A stretch of DNA of 64,000 nucleotides from Actinomycetes bacterium (GCA_023443125.1 JAEZVO010000028.1:44-64043), one strand, 5' to 3'. Counted from the first letter of the stretch, positions 1 through 11,604 are shown. The notes: generated by a model from the letters alone, not told the origin. A program made the numbers and translations.

Positions 1-1321
1 CCCCGTCTCCGGTACCCTGCTCGAGATCCGTTTCGAAGAAGACGACGTCGCCGAAGTAGGCGCTGTGCTCGCCATCGTCGGAGAGCCTTCCGACGGCGAC
101 AGCTCCGGCGATGCTCCTCAGCCAGAAGCTGCACCTGAGCCGGATCCGAAGCCGGATCCGAAGCCCGAGCCCAAGCCCGAGCCGAAGCCCGAGCCCAAGC
201 CAGAGCCCAAGCCAGAACCGAAGCCAGAACCGAAGCCAGAGCCCAAGCCAGAACCGAAGCCAGAGCCCAAGCCAGAGCCCAAGCCAGAGCCGAAGCCTGA
301 ACCCAAGCAGGAGAAGGTTGAGCACTCCCCCGCCGTCGAGGCCGCCGTGGCTCGTCGCGCCGCGGAGTCGTCGTCGGATGGCACCTACGTCACTCCACTG
401 GTGCGCAAGCTCGCCAAGGAGCATGGCGTCGATCTGACGTCGCTGCAGGGCACCGGCGTAGGTGGCCGCATCCGCAAGCAGGATGTGCTCGACGCCGCGA
501 AGGCTCCTGCACAACAGGCCCCCGCTGCGGCGCCCGCTAAGCCGGCTCCCGCAAAGGCCGCACCCGCGAAGCCCGAGCCCAGCGCCGAGGCGCAGGCGTT
601 GCGCGGCAAGACGGAAAAGCTGTCGCGTCTGCGCAAGGTGATCGCCGAGCGCATGACCGCGTCGCTGGCTACCGCTGCACAGCTGACCGCCACCGTCGAG
701 GTGGACATGACCGCCATCAGCCGCATCCGCAAGGTGGCCAAGGACGACTTCAAGGCCCGCGAGGGCGCGTCGCTGTCGTACCTGCCGTTCATCACGGCAG
801 CCACGGTGGAAGCGCTGAAGGCGTTCCCCGTCGTGAACTCGACGGTGGACTTCGAGGCTGGCACGGTTACCTACGCTGAGGCCGAGAACATCGGCATCGC
901 CGTGGATACGCCGCGCGGCCTGCTCGTGCCCGTCATCAAGGAGGCCGGCGACCTCAACGTTTCCGGCTTGGCCCGCAAGATCGGCGACCTCGGCGCTCGC
1001 ACCCGTGAGGGCAAGGTTGGCCCCGACGAGCTGGCCGGCGGCACCTTCACCATCACGAACTACGGTTCGGCTGGCAGCCTGTTCGACACGCCGATCATCA
1101 ACCAGCCTGAGGTGGCTATCCTCGGCACCGGCGCGCTCGTGAAGCGCCCCGTGGTGGTGACCGATGAGTTCGGCACTGACAGCATCGCCGTGCGCGACAT
1201 GATGTACCTCTCGCTCACCTACGATCACCGCATCATCGACGGTGCCGTCGCCGCCCGCTTCCTCTCCGCCATCAAGGCACGCCTCGAGGAGGGCGACTTC
1301 GGAGCCGAGTTCGGGCTCTAA
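1..1321 (+). CDS. sucB: 2-oxoacid dehydrogenase E2 component (dihydrolipoamide acyltransferase, SucB/DlaT), 5'-truncated by window
   Basis: End of a lipoyl domain, PKPE linker, E3-binding domain ([10 protein letters not shown]...[13 protein letters not shown]) and catalytic YDHRIIDG motif. Confidence 0.93.
   Translation, partial: PVSGTLLEIRFEEDDVAEVGAVLAIVGEPSDGDSSGDAPQPEAAPEPDPKPDPKPEPKPEPKPEPKPEPKPEPKPEPKPEPKPEPKPEPKPEPKPEPKPEPKQEKVEHSPAVEAAVARRAAESSSDGTYVTPLVRKLAKEHGVDLTSLQGTGVGGRIRKQDVLDAAKAPAQQAPAAAPAKPAPAKAAPAKPEPSAEAQALRGKTEKLSRLRKVIAERMTASLATAAQLTATVEVDMTAISRIRKVAKDDFKAREGASLSYLPFITAATVEALKAFPVVNSTVDFEAGTVTYAEAENIGIAVDTPRGLLVPVIKEAGDLNVSGLARKIGDLGARTREGKVGPDELAGGTFTITNYGSAGSLFDTPIINQPEVAILGTGALVKRPVVVTDEFGTDSIAVRDMMYLSLTYDHRIIDGAVAARFLSAIKARLEEGDFGAEFGL
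140..307 (+). repeat. 12-bp tandem repeat (about 14 units) encoding (P-D/E-P-K)n linker in E2
   Basis: ccggatccgaag / cccgagcccaag / ccagaaccgaag units read directly. Confidence 0.95.
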
Positions 1322-1340
1322 GGTCGCGATTGGCGTTCAC

Positions 1341-1376
1341 GGCGGGCGGTCTGGGGTTGTCCCGGACCGCCCGCCG
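1341..1376 (+). terminator. GC-rich hairpin after sucB
   Basis: ggcgggcggtctggg...cccggaccgcccgcc inverted repeat about 20 bp after the stop codon. Confidence 0.7.
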
Positions 1377-1460
1377 CTCAGTTGACACCCTAACGGCCCG
1401 GCGCGGACCCCGTCGGGTGTGTGCTACCTGCCCCAGTCAGGTGCAACCAAACGCCACGCG

Positions 1461-1581
1461 GGCAGGTGCAACCTGTGCGGCTCAGTTGCGGCATAGGTGT
1501 CATTTGCCTAGCCGCGGCGAGGCGTCGTCGGGAGGCAGGTGACACTTGATCCGCTCAGTTGCCACACAGGTTGCAGGTGCC
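1461..1581. repeat. Long imperfect intergenic inverted repeat (REPIN-like)
   Basis: ggcaggtgcaacctgtgcggc...gtgtcatttgcct pairs with aggcaggtgacac...ccacacaggttgcaggtgcc. Confidence 0.7.
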
Positions 1582-1688
1582 TGGCCGGGCGCGATGCTGG
1601 GAGCGAGGCACCGCCGAGGCCTGCGGCGGCGAGTGTGGGGGGCAAGTAGGCTGGACACGACCTAGAATCTTCGACCCGAAAGCATCCG

Positions 1689-4667
1689 ATGACCCTCACC
1701 AGTCTCACCCGCAGTGCACTCGAGCTCACCGCCCCCGGCGACGGTGTTCCGCCCAGGGCCTGGCGACGCGACGAGCCGTACAGCTACTCCCTCGACGGCA
1801 CCTGGCGCTTCTTACTCTCCCCCAGCGTGGCGGAGGCGCCCGCTGACTGCGACGCCGCAGACTACGACGACAGCGCCTGGGATGAACTCACCCTGCCGTG
1901 CCACTGGGTACTCGAAGGCGACGGTAAATACGGGCGGCCGGCGTACACCAACGTCAAGCTCCCCATCCCCATGGACCCGCCGCACGTGCCTGATGAGAAC
2001 CCCATCGGTGACCATCGGCGCACGTTCGAGCTACCGGAAGGTTGGGACCATCACCAGCAAATATTGCTCCGCTTCGACGGTGTGGAATCAATCGGAATCG
2101 TCGCCGTCAACGGTCAGCACGTCGGCGTGCTGCGCGGCTCGCGGCTGCCCTCCGAGCTCGACATCACCGACGTGGTGCACCCTGGCACGAACTCCGTCCA
2201 CGTGCGCGTCGCACAGTGGTCGGCACAGACCTACGTCGAAGACCAAGACCAGTGGTGGCTGCCCGGCATCTTCCGCTCGGTCACACTCGTCGCGCGCCCC
2301 AAGGGGTGTATCACCGATCACTGGGTGAACGGCGCCTACGATCACACCACAGGTGCCGGCACGCTCACCGTCGAAGTGCCCGACGACGCCTTCCCGGTGC
2401 GCATCCATGCAGCCGAGCTCGATGTCGACGTCACCTGGAACTCGCCTGCCGATGTGCAGCCCATCGTCATCGACGACGTGACCCCCTGGAGCCCCGACCG
2501 CCCAGCGCTCACCACCGTCGAACTCTCCAATGCGACGGATAGCGTCACCGAACGCGTCGGGTTCCGCACCGTCGAAATCCGCGGTGACCAATGGCTCGTG
2601 AACGGCACCCCGCTCAGACTGCGGGGTGTGAACCGCCACGAGTTCCACCCCGAGAAGGGCCGCGTCTTCGACGAGGCAGACTGCCGCGAGGGCATGCTGC
2701 TGATGAAGCGCCACAACCTCAACGCCATCCGCACCAGCCACTACCCGCCGCACCCCCGCCTGCTCGACCTCGCGGACGAGCTGGGCTTCTGGGTGATCGA
2801 CGAATGCGACCTCGAGACCCACGCGTTCGGCTTCGTCGGTTGGGAGAACAACCCCAGCGACGACCCCAACTGGCGCGACGCGTACATCCAGCGCATGGAG
2901 CGCATGATCCACCGCGACCGCAACCATCCGTCGATCATCGCGTGGAGCTTGGGCAACGAATCGGGCAGCGGCGCGAACCTGGCCGCCATGGCCGACGCCA
3001 CGCACCGCCTCGACCCCACCCGCCCCGTGCACTACGAGAGCGACTACGAATCCGCCTACACCGACGTCGTCTCCCGCATGTACAGCCCCATTCCGGAGCT
3101 CGAGGCCTTGTCGCAGGGGCAAACCACCACCGAACACGAGCGCCACATCTCCGAATCCAGCCTGCGCAACAAGCCAAAGATGCTGTGCGAGTTCGTGCAC
3201 GCCATGGGCAACGGGCCGGGCAGCCTCGGCGAGTACGTCGAGGCGTTCGAAACGCTGCCCGGCTGGCATGGAGGCTTCATCTGGGAATGGCGTGACCACG
3301 GACTCGCCACGCACACCCCCGACGGCACCCCGTTCTACGCCTACGGCGGCGACTTCGGCGAAGTCATCCACGACGGCAATTTCGTCATGGACGGCCTGGT
3401 GCACGCCGACGGCACCCCGTCGCCCGCGATGGCGGAGGTGAAGCAGCACTTCTCCCCCGTCGTCGTCGAAATCGGCGACGAGCTCACCGTGCACAACCGC
3501 TACCACGCCATCGGCACCGACCACCTGGTCGCCCGCTGGCACTGGGAGGTGGATGGCGAGGTGCGCTCCGAGGGCGTCATCGACGGCTTCGAGGTCGCCG
3601 CCAACACCAGCGCCACCTTCCCGCTACCAACACTCCCCGACGAGGCCCGCTCCGCGCCGCAGTCGTTCCTCACCATCTGTGTGGAGGAGCGCGACGAGCG
3701 CCCCTGGGCGCCAGCCGGACACCCCGTGTTCGTGGCACAACAGCGCCTCGACCACACCCCGACCCCGCGCGCCCCGCGCCCAACGGCTGCGCCGCTCATT
3801 GCCGCCGACGTGCACATCGGCCCAGCAACCCTCGACGCGCACACCGGGCGGCTTCTCGCCCTCGGCGACCACGCCGTCGAGGATGCCGTGGTGGAGCTGT
3901 GGCGTCCCCCGACTGATAACGACTCCCTGGGAGACTTCAACTCCTACGAGGTGGGTGATTACCACACCACCCGCGGCGTGGGAGAGGCTGCTCCGTCGTC
4001 GGCGGAACGCTGGCGCGGTCATGGCCTCGACCGACTGATTCGCCGCACCACCCGCGCGGAGCTGGTGGGCGACGAGTTCGTCGTCGTGGAGCGCCTCATC
4101 CCGGCCCAAGGCAGGCATGGCGCCGAGGTCACCTACCGCTGGGCGGTGGCCGACGACCGTGCTCGGTGCCAGATTCTCGTCGCGCCCATCCGCCCACGCA
4201 CCGACGTGACCTGGCCGCGCATCGGCTACCACATGATGCTGCCCGGAGCCTTCGAGCGCGCATCCTGGTTCGGTAGCGGCCCTAGCGAGAACTACCCGGA
4301 TTCGCGGGCGGCAGCCGTCGTCGGCGCCTACGAGGCGTCTATCGACGAGCTGGCCTTCCCCTACTCGCGTCCGCAGGAAACCGGTCACCGCGAGGGGCTT
4401 CGTCGGCTCACCATCGACGGCGCCAGCCACCCCCTGCACTTCGAGACCTTCGGCCCCGACCTGCCGGGCTTCTCGCTGCTGCGCCACGACGCCCACGAGC
4501 TGACGGCAGCGGAGCACCCGCACGAGCTGCCGCCCAGCCGCGGCGTGCACCTGTACCTCGACGCGTTCCAGCACGGTCTGGGCAGCCGGTCGTGCGGCCC
4601 CGACGTACTGCCGCCCTACCAGCTGTGGCCGCGCAACGCCGAGTTCGGGTTCATCGTCGGGCGCTGA
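1689..4667 (+). CDS. lacZ: Beta-galactosidase, GH2 (LacZ/EbgA-like)
   Basis: GVNRHEF, RTSHYPP, WSLGNESG (acid/base), CEFVHAMGNGPG (nucleophile), YGGDFG motifs; 992 aa. Confidence 0.92.
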   Translation: MTLTSLTRSALELTAPGDGVPPRAWRRDEPYSYSLDGTWRFLLSPSVAEAPADCDAADYDDSAWDELTLPCHWVLEGDGKYGRPAYTNVKLPIPMDPPHVPDENPIGDHRRTFELPEGWDHHQQILLRFDGVESIGIVAVNGQHVGVLRGSRLPSELDITDVVHPGTNSVHVRVAQWSAQTYVEDQDQWWLPGIFRSVTLVARPKGCITDHWVNGAYDHTTGAGTLTVEVPDDAFPVRIHAAELDVDVTWNSPADVQPIVIDDVTPWSPDRPALTTVELSNATDSVTERVGFRTVEIRGDQWLVNGTPLRLRGVNRHEFHPEKGRVFDEADCREGMLLMKRHNLNAIRTSHYPPHPRLLDLADELGFWVIDECDLETHAFGFVGWENNPSDDPNWRDAYIQRMERMIHRDRNHPSIIAWSLGNESGSGANLAAMADATHRLDPTRPVHYESDYESAYTDVVSRMYSPIPELEALSQGQTTTEHERHISESSLRNKPKMLCEFVHAMGNGPGSLGEYVEAFETLPGWHGGFIWEWRDHGLATHTPDGTPFYAYGGDFGEVIHDGNFVMDGLVHADGTPSPAMAEVKQHFSPVVVEIGDELTVHNRYHAIGTDHLVARWHWEVDGEVRSEGVIDGFEVAANTSATFPLPTLPDEARSAPQSFLTICVEERDERPWAPAGHPVFVAQQRLDHTPTPRAPRPTAAPLIAADVHIGPATLDAHTGRLLALGDHAVEDAVVELWRPPTDNDSLGDFNSYEVGDYHTTRGVGEAAPSSAERWRGHGLDRLIRRTTRAELVGDEFVVVERLIPAQGRHGAEVTYRWAVADDRARCQILVAPIRPRTDVTWPRIGYHMMLPGAFERASWFGSGPSENYPDSRAAAVVGAYEASIDELAFPYSRPQETGHREGLRRLTIDGASHPLHFETFGPDLPGFSLLRHDAHELTAAEHPHELPPSRGVHLYLDAFQHGLGSRSCGPDVLPPYQLWPRNAEFGFIVGR

Positions 4668-4683
4668 GCACAGCACACGGAGT

Positions 4684-5550
4684 TCAGGCGGCCCTCGCGA
4701 CGGGTTTTGCCCGCGCGAGCAGGCCATGCCTGGGCCCGAACGCCCAGGCCAGCAAGAACATCGCCGTGCACACCAGCACGATCGTACCGCCGGTGGGCAC
4801 GTCAAGCGCCCACGACAGGTAGAGCCCGACGAAGGCACTCACCGCTCCGATGCCAGCTGCGGTGAGCATCATGGGCACCAGGCGGTCGGTCAACATCCGC
4901 GCCGACGCGGCGGGTGTGACCAGCAGCGCGAGCACCAGCACGTTGCCGATGGTCTGGATGCTCATCACGACGGCGAGCGTCACCAGCACGTACAGCGCGA
5001 TGTCGAGCGCCAGCACCGGCATGCCCAGCGAGCGCGCGTACTCCCGGTCAAGACTCACGGCGACGAGCTCCTTGTGCAGCGCCATCGCCACGGCGAGCAC
5101 GCCGATGGTCATGGCGAGCGAGAACCAAACGGCCTCGTCGGGAATGCCGGTGATCGAGCCGAAGAGGAACGACGTCAGCGAGCCCGCGTAGCCGGGCGAG
5201 AGCGAAATGACGACGATGCCCAGCGCGAATGCCGCGACGAAGAACACGCCGATCACCGAGTCCTCCCGCAGGCGCTTGGTCTGCGAGAATACCGCGATCA
5301 ACACCGCGGTGACTACGCCCGCGACGATGCCACCCATGACGAGCGACCCCTGCAGCACGAACGCCACGGCGATGCCGGGAAAGACGGAGTGGGAGACCGC
5401 GTCGCCGATGAACGTCATGCCGCGCAGCACCACGTGCGAGCCGATCACGCCGCAGACGACGGCCGCCAGCATCGATACGATCAGCGCCTTCGGCAAGAAC
5501 GCGAGCATGGGGTTGGTGAGGTCGGAGAGGAAATCCAATGGGGTCAGCAT
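4684..5550 (-). CDS. Anchored-repeat-type metal ABC transporter permease (ZnuB-like)
   Basis: Start re-placed at MLTPLDF; VVLRGMTFIGDAVSHSVFPGIA motif of ABC-3 permeases. Confidence 0.9.
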   Translation of the reverse strand: MLTPLDFLSDLTNPMLAFLPKALIVSMLAAVVCGVIGSHVVLRGMTFIGDAVSHSVFPGIAVAFVLQGSLVMGGIVAGVVTAVLIAVFSQTKRLREDSVIGVFFVAAFALGIVVISLSPGYAGSLTSFLFGSITGIPDEAVWFSLAMTIGVLAVAMALHKELVAVSLDREYARSLGMPVLALDIALYVLVTLAVVMSIQTIGNVLVLALLVTPAASARMLTDRLVPMMLTAAGIGAVSAFVGLYLSWALDVPTGGTIVLVCTAMFLLAWAFGPRHGLLARAKPVARAA

Positions 5551-6332
5551 GCCTCGGCCTCCAGTTCCGGATGTGCGTGCTGGTGGGTGCCGGTGGCGTG
5601 GTGCACCATGCCCACCTGTTTCAGCAGCGGGGAGTGCGCTGACACGTCGAAGGTGCGCATCCACAGATCGGGCTGACGCAGTGTGTCGGGGTGCCCGGTG
5701 GCGATGACTTCCTTGTTGAGCAGCGTGAGGCGGTCGCAGGCGACGATGGCGTGGGTGAGGTCGTGCGTCGACATGAGCAGCGTCGTCCCCTCCGCGGCGA
5801 GCTCGGCGAATAGCCCGGTGAGCAGCTCCTGCGTAGGCATGTCGAGGCCGGTGAACGGCTCGTCGAGCAGCAGCAATCCGGGGTGCCGGGCCAGTGCGCG
5901 GGCGATCATCACGCGCTGACGCTGGCCACCGGACATCTCGGAGATGGGGCGGGCGCGTAGGTCCGTCATGCGCACCCGCTGCAGCGCCTCCGCCACGGCC
6001 TGCACATGCCGCCGTCGAGGCAGGCGCAGGAAACCGATGTCGCGGGTGAGGCCGGTCATCACCACTTCCTGGGCGGTGATGGGAAAGTCCCACATCACGT
6101 CGTGGCGCTGCGGCACGTACCCCACGCCGCGGGGAGTGTCGATGGTTCCCGACGACGTGGGGATCAGGCGCATGATGGCGCGGAAGAGCGTCGTCTTGCC
6201 GGCTCCGTTGGGGCCCAGCAGTCCGTGTACCCCACCCGTCTCGAGGTCGAGGTTCACGTCCGTGAGTACTCGGCGTCCGCCAAGCGTCACGCTGAGGTCA
6301 CGCACGCTCAGTGCGGCGGTGTCACTCGGCAT
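5544..6332 (-). CDS. Metal ABC transporter ATP-binding subunit (ZnuC-like)
   Basis: GPNGAGKT Walker A, MSGGQRQR signature, LLLDEPF Walker B, GYVPQR. Confidence 0.93.
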   Translation of the reverse strand: MPSDTAALSVRDLSVTLGGRRVLTDVNLDLETGGVHGLLGPNGAGKTTLFRAIMRLIPTSSGTIDTPRGVGYVPQRHDVMWDFPITAQEVVMTGLTRDIGFLRLPRRRHVQAVAEALQRVRMTDLRARPISEMSGGQRQRVMIARALARHPGLLLLDEPFTGLDMPTQELLTGLFAELAAEGTTLLMSTHDLTHAIVACDRLTLLNKEVIATGHPDTLRQPDLWMRTFDVSAHSPLLKQVGMVHHATGTHQHAHPELEAEAC

Positions 6333-7359
6333 CGTTGAATACCTCGTCAGTCATGCGCTTCTGTCGGCGCATCACGAGCGCCACGACAACGCCTGCAATA
6401 ACCACCAGCGCAACCCCGCCAGCCACCCAGGGCAGCGACGAGGCACCGTCGGCCTCTGCGTTCGTGTCCTCTTGCGCTGCTGGCTTGGTGGATTCGGTGC
6501 CCTTCGATGCCGCGCCAGTCGAGGCTTCAGACGATGCCGCAGAGGGGTTGTTCGACGCGCTCGCGTCCCCCTCGTCCGAGGAGTCGGCGCCCGGCCAGGT
6601 CGCATCCCTCGCGGCTTGATCATCGGTGCTGTCACCCACGCTGAATCGCAGTACGGCTTCGGCGGAGCGCTCGGTCTTGTCGGTGCCGGAGGCGTCGATG
6701 GCCACCTTCACCAGGTACGTACCTGGCTTGGTGAACACCCAGTTGGCGTGCGTGTGGGTGTTGAGGTCCACCCAAATGTCGGCTGGCTGCTTGCCATCGA
6801 ACAGCACCTGCGGTGGGGCGAAGTTGCCCGGCTGGAGGAAAAGCGTCATGGTGCCGTCGCCGTCGATCTGCTTCGCCTCGAGGAAGCGCAGCGTGACACC
6901 GCGCTCGGTGCTCTTCACAACCTCCGGATCTTGCGTGTTCCACCCGAGCCAGAGCACACCCGGCGCCTCGGTCTGCGGCACGGCCCACACCTCGTCGCCG
7001 GCCTTCGCGCCGGTGAAGGCGTACTCGTCGCCTTCGGGCAGCGAGAGTTTGGCCTTGTCATGCACCTTGAACACGACGTCGTCGAGCTTGCGCCACACGG
7101 CTTTGCCGCCTTGCAGTTTCGCGGTGTCGTCGCGGGCGAGGAAGGACCACTTGCCGTCGATGAGGCGCGGGCCGAGGTCGACGTGGCCTTCACCGATCGT
7201 CACGTTCCCCTCGCCCATCGCCTCGTCGGATTCGACGCGCTGTTGGAGGCCGGGTTCATCGGAGCCGAGGTCGGGTGACGGCGTGGTCTCGTCCGCATGC
7301 CCGATCGTGGGCATGAGTGCGAGGAAGGCCGCTGCGGCGGCGAGGAGCGTACGTCTCAT
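6322..7359 (-). CDS. Transporter-associated surface protein with actinobacterial anchored-repeat domain
   Basis: Signal peptide [19 protein letters not shown]...LWLGWNTQ...HTHANWVFTKPGTY; C-terminal TM helix plus basic tail. Confidence 0.85.
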   Translation of the reverse strand: MRRTLLAAAAAFLALMPTIGHADETTPSPDLGSDEPGLQQRVESDEAMGEGNVTIGEGHVDLGPRLIDGKWSFLARDDTAKLQGGKAVWRKLDDVVFKVHDKAKLSLPEGDEYAFTGAKAGDEVWAVPQTEAPGVLWLGWNTQDPEVVKSTERGVTLRFLEAKQIDGDGTMTLFLQPGNFAPPQVLFDGKQPADIWVDLNTHTHANWVFTKPGTYLVKVAIDASGTDKTERSAEAVLRFSVGDSTDDQAARDATWPGADSSDEGDASASNNPSAASSEASTGAASKGTESTKPAAQEDTNAEADGASSLPWVAGGVALVVIAGVVVALVMRRQKRMTDEVFNDAE

Positions 7360-8948
7360 TGGTTGTCCTTTGTGTCGTGGTTGCCGAGCGGTGTGCCGCC
7401 CAGGCAGCGGGCGAGTGAATCTGCGTTGGCCCGCATCATGTCTGCGTAGGTCGACACCTCTGGCGTGAAGGCGTCGCCCCAGATCCGGCAGATGGCGGTG
7501 CCTGTGTGGTTCGCTGCTTCGCGCAGAGCGCCCGCCTGCTGGCTGGCGTTCGGTTCGACGAAGACGGCGGGCACTCCGAGGTCGGTCAGCGTGCGGGTGA
7601 GCCGGCGTCGATCTGCCAGCGACGGTTCCTGCACGGGCGACGGGGCCACCACCGCGGCAATGTCGAGACCGTATCGATGTGCGAGGTAGCCGTAGGCATC
7701 GTGGGTGGTGACGAGGTGGCGGTTGCGTTTGGGAATGGAGTCGACGGACCGCTGCACGTAGTCGTGCACCTCGTCGAGTTCCGCAATCTCCTTCTCTGCG
7801 TTGGCTCGGTAGGTCTGCGCATTGGCAGGGTCGGCCTTGATGAGCTGATCCCGGATGACCTGTACGTAGGCCTGCGCGTTGCGGACGTCCTGCCACAGGT
7901 GCGGGTCGATCTCGCCGTGTACGTGCCGCCCGAGCACGGCCTGCGGAAGCTGGTAGACGTCCTGACCGGGACGGGCGATGAATCGGTACGCGGGGTCTCC
8001 TGGCACCGGCATGAGCGCTTTCGGCGGCACCGAAATCACCACGTCTTCGACGGGCACCGCACCCATGCCGGGCGGGGCGCCGGCGCCGTCGGACTTCTTG
8101 TCGGTGAACAGCTGCAGCCGTCCCGCCGAGAGGTCAGCGGTAATGTCCGCGTGCCCCTCGGAGAGCACCACCTTCTTACCCGTCGACGCGGGGTCGACCC
8201 CCACCGCGACGGTGAGCGTTCCGGTGATTGCGTCAACAGGCCGCGCGCTGGGGTTACTCAAGTACTGGGCGCGAAACGTTAAGTGGTACACGCCCGGCTT
8301 CGTGAATGCCCAGCTCATGTGCGTGTGAGCGTCCATCGGCAGCGTCGTGCGGTCGCCGTCGAAACCCTTCGACGAGTCGAGCCCATCCGCGCTATTGAAG
8401 ACGCTTTGGGGCTGCCCGAAGGTGCCGGTGACGAAGCCGTGCGCCCCGCCCGGGCCGTCGGCTTCCACCAGGGCCATCTCCACGGCCGACGAGCGGGTGG
8501 CACCAGGCTTCGTGCCATGCACCCGTAGACCAAGCCACACGGTGTCGAGCGAGTGGTTTTCTACCAGCGGAATGATCTCCGCGGAGTACCCGCTGGCTTC
8601 CTCAGCGAGCGCGATGTGCGTCGCGTTGCGGGGAAGGTTCGCGTCGATCGAACGAATGAGCGACTGCTCCTCCAGCATCAGGTAGTTGGAGAACGCAAGC
8701 TTGGCGTTGACGATGCTGCGCACGTCTCTAAGGCTCGGCTCGTAGGTGTGTGGATCTGCGCCGGGCGGCACGAGTGCCACCACCTGCGCGGCATCGCCCG
8801 CCACCCCTTCGGCCAGGTCGGCGAGAATGCCTGTGGTGGCGACGACGGTGAGGCGCCCGTCCGATGCAGCCGACGGTGATCGTCCAGGCGCCACGACGGC
8901 GACGGTGAGGGCAAGCCCCACCGCCGCCGCCTTCAGCCACTTGCTCAC
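7356..8948 (-). CDS. Anchored-repeat ABC transporter substrate-binding protein (ZnuA-like with inserted repeat domain)
   Basis: [22 protein letters not shown] metal-SBP motifs; inserted [12 protein letters not shown] domain. Confidence 0.9.
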   Translation of the reverse strand: MSKWLKAAAVGLALTVAVVAPGRSPSAASDGRLTVVATTGILADLAEGVAGDAAQVVALVPPGADPHTYEPSLRDVRSIVNAKLAFSNYLMLEEQSLIRSIDANLPRNATHIALAEEASGYSAEIIPLVENHSLDTVWLGLRVHGTKPGATRSSAVEMALVEADGPGGAHGFVTGTFGQPQSVFNSADGLDSSKGFDGDRTTLPMDAHTHMSWAFTKPGVYHLTFRAQYLSNPSARPVDAITGTLTVAVGVDPASTGKKVVLSEGHADITADLSAGRLQLFTDKKSDGAGAPPGMGAVPVEDVVISVPPKALMPVPGDPAYRFIARPGQDVYQLPQAVLGRHVHGEIDPHLWQDVRNAQAYVQVIRDQLIKADPANAQTYRANAEKEIAELDEVHDYVQRSVDSIPKRNRHLVTTHDAYGYLAHRYGLDIAAVVAPSPVQEPSLADRRRLTRTLTDLGVPAVFVEPNASQQAGALREAANHTGTAICRIWGDAFTPEVSTYADMMRANADSLARCLGGTPLGNHDTKDNQ

Positions 8949-11518
8949 CGGTTGGCCCGGCGGGCAAGCACGGCGGCCGCTCCGATGAAAGTGAGCAGCG
9001 AGACAGCCGCCGTCGATGCCGCACTTGCGGCGGGAGCCAACCCAGCGGAGGCAGGGGGAAGCACCTCTGCGCCGTCAGCGCCCGACTTGGGCATACCCGT
9101 GCCCGGCTTGCACGGTGTGCCGTTGGCGTAGGACCAGGTGACCTCGTTGATCATGGCCTTGCCATCCTTCATGAACACACCGCCGTCGCCGGCTTCAGCT
9201 TGGGAGGAAGCAAGCTTGCCTGCTGGCTTGGATTGCGATGCGCTTCCGCCAGACTTGGTGAACCACAGCTGGTCCACCACCTGACCGAAGTTTCCAGAGG
9301 TGAACACTCCTACCTTGCCTGGCCCGGAGGCGCTGACCAGGGAGAACCGCACCTCGCCGGTGCTTCCGGCTAGGAGGGATTCGTGCATGGTGTTCGCCCC
9401 AAGCCACGGCACACCCGCTACCTGCGCGGATGCAATCATCCACACCGGGCTGCCCTTGCTGGCCACAAAATCGATGCCGGCGGGAGCCGTAGCCTTGGCC
9501 GCGTTACCGACGATGAACGTCTGCGACGCAGGATCAACCCACTGGGCGGGAGACTTGCGGTCATCCTTGAGCGATGCGACGAGCTTGCCGCCCTCGATCT
9601 TGGGGCCGAGATCGAAGTGACCGCTCGTTGCACCTTGACCATCGGAACCCACCTTGAAGCGGAGGGTCGACGTCGTAGCCATGGGCTGGCCGGACTTCGA
9701 CGTGGTGGACATCTTCACGGTGAGCGCGTAGTCACCTGGCGCGGAGAACACCCAGTTGGGGTGCACGTGGGTGTTGGCGGGGATCGTCACCGAGCCGCCG
9801 GACTTGCCGCCCTGCCCTGAAGGCTGCTTGGCGGCCTTGGCAGCGGCGATCTCTTCCTTCGTGGCGGGACGCACGTTGGTGTGCTTCTTGCACTCCCCGA
9901 GGCTTGGCTTCATCGTGGGTGCGTTGTCCGACGGTGTGCTCGTCGAAGGTGCTGCCCCGCCTGCGGGATTCTCGCCTGCGGGCTTGTGCTTGCCAGCATC
10001 GTTGCGATCAGGGGCGGTCGCCGGGGGTTTGGCCTTGCCATCATCGGCGGATGCGTCCGCACTGCCCTTGCCGCGGAACTGGTCGCCGACGGTGAACGTG
10101 TAGGTCTTCGGCTCAGACTTCACAGCCTTGCCACCCGCAGTACCTTCCGCCACGACGGTGAACTTGTAGACGCCTGGCTTGGCGAAAATCCAGTTCGCGT
10201 GAACGTGCGCCGGCGCATTCACCGGCAGCGTCGCCCCGTCGACGAGCTGGTACTTGTTGCCATCCAGCAGCGCTGCAGGGCCACCAAATGAGGTCTGACC
10301 GTACACGTGGACGGCACCAGGGCCATCGACCGACTGGAACCGCAGCGTCACCTTCGGATCAACGCCGCCGCCTTGCGTGCCGAGCGTGTCCCAGCCTGGC
10401 CACAGGAGGTTCGGATCTTGCGTCATGGACAGCGCGTACCCCTTCGGGCCGCCTGGCCATCCGGCCGGAATCTTCTCGTTCCAGGCGGCAGACTTCACGT
10501 GGAGTTCCACCTTGGCCGGGTCCCTACGAACGTGGGAGCCCGTGACGTCTTTCTTCAGGTCCAACGCCAACCTGCCCTGCTTGGCCGTGACATTGAATGC
10601 ATCGACGTGGCCGCGGTCAAGCACCGTCATCGCCTGCGGCGCAGGCTTGGGAGCAGGCTTCGCGGTCGGCTTCGGCGAGGGCTTCACCGTCGGCTTCGCG
10701 GTCGGCTTGGCCGAAGGCTTCGGCGTCGGCGCAGGCTTCGACGTGGGCTTTGCGGTTGGCTTGGCCGTTGGCTTGGCGGTCGGCTTCACCGTCGGCTTGG
10801 GCGAGGGCTTCGGTGTCGGCTTGGGCTCGGGCGCGTCGGTGGCGTATCCCTTGCCTCGGAACTCATCACCGACGGTGAACACGTACTGATGTGAGGCGGA
10901 CTCCACCTTCTTGCCGCTCTTCGTGCCCACAGCCTTCACCTTGAGCTTGTACACGCCGGGCTTAGTGAAAATCCAGTGAGCGTGCGTGTGAGCAGGGAAA
11001 GCCTGCTTGCGGACGGCACCGCTCTTCAAGTCCAGCGTGCCGCCTTCGAGCAGCGGCTCAATACCGCCGAAGGAGCCACTGCTAAACAGGTGCACGTTGC
11101 CCGGGCCCTTGACGTCCTGGAACACCAAATCGATGGCCTGATCGAAACCGGTGCCCTGGATGCCAAGGGTGTCCCACCCCGGCCACAGCAGGTTCTGGTC
11201 CTGCGTCATGGGCAGCCAGTAGGCCTTCGGCGCGCCCGGAAACCCGTCGCGGATGTCCTTCAGCGCTGCCGATTTCACGTGCAGTTCAACGCTCTCAGGC
11301 GCGCGCTGCACGTGGCTGCCCGTCACGTCTTCCTTGAGGTTCAGTTGCAGCGCCCCGTTCTTCACCGTTACGTTGAACGCATCAACGTGTCCCTCATCGA
11401 GGATGAGTGGGGCGCTATCAGCTCTCGCTGCCGTCGGCACAGCCACGGCGAGGAGCGCGGCAATCAAGCTGATGGCCACGGCCCGCCAGGCGGCGGGCGC
11501 GCTGCTTCGTATGCTCAT
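8945..11518 (-). CDS. Cell-wall-anchored protein with multiple His-containing actinobacterial surface repeats
   Basis: Signal peptide; repeated GHVDAFNV...LWPGWDT...H(T/V)HAxWIFxKPG domains; KPT-rich linker; MPKSG sortase-like motif, TM helix, RRANR tail. Confidence 0.85.
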   Translation of the reverse strand: MSIRSSAPAAWRAVAISLIAALLAVAVPTAARADSAPLILDEGHVDAFNVTVKNGALQLNLKEDVTGSHVQRAPESVELHVKSAALKDIRDGFPGAPKAYWLPMTQDQNLLWPGWDTLGIQGTGFDQAIDLVFQDVKGPGNVHLFSSGSFGGIEPLLEGGTLDLKSGAVRKQAFPAHTHAHWIFTKPGVYKLKVKAVGTKSGKKVESASHQYVFTVGDEFRGKGYATDAPEPKPTPKPSPKPTVKPTAKPTAKPTAKPTSKPAPTPKPSAKPTAKPTVKPSPKPTAKPAPKPAPQAMTVLDRGHVDAFNVTAKQGRLALDLKKDVTGSHVRRDPAKVELHVKSAAWNEKIPAGWPGGPKGYALSMTQDPNLLWPGWDTLGTQGGGVDPKVTLRFQSVDGPGAVHVYGQTSFGGPAALLDGNKYQLVDGATLPVNAPAHVHANWIFAKPGVYKFTVVAEGTAGGKAVKSEPKTYTFTVGDQFRGKGSADASADDGKAKPPATAPDRNDAGKHKPAGENPAGGAAPSTSTPSDNAPTMKPSLGECKKHTNVRPATKEEIAAAKAAKQPSGQGGKSGGSVTIPANTHVHPNWVFSAPGDYALTVKMSTTSKSGQPMATTSTLRFKVGSDGQGATSGHFDLGPKIEGGKLVASLKDDRKSPAQWVDPASQTFIVGNAAKATAPAGIDFVASKGSPVWMIASAQVAGVPWLGANTMHESLLAGSTGEVRFSLVSASGPGKVGVFTSGNFGQVVDQLWFTKSGGSASQSKPAGKLASSQAEAGDGGVFMKDGKAMINEVTWSYANGTPCKPGTGMPKSGADGAEVLPPASAGLAPAASAASTAAVSLLTFIGAAAVLARRANR

Positions 11519-11541
11519 GTGTCACTTCCAATCTCTAGCAG

Positions 11542-11562
11542 TCATGAAAATCATTATCATTA
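11542..11562. promoter_or_regulatory. Zur (Fur-family) operator
   Basis: TCATGAAAATCATTATCATTA imperfect palindrome matching actinobacterial Zur boxes, just upstream of a Zn-type ABC operon. Confidence 0.8.
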
Positions 11563-11604
11563 GCTTTGGATGGTTTTCAAGTTGAACGGGCGTAGGATGT
11601 TCAA

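Noticed and set aside
10640..10830. KPTAKPT repeats as a separate repeat element
   Set aside because: Ordinary low-complexity linker within the surface protein.
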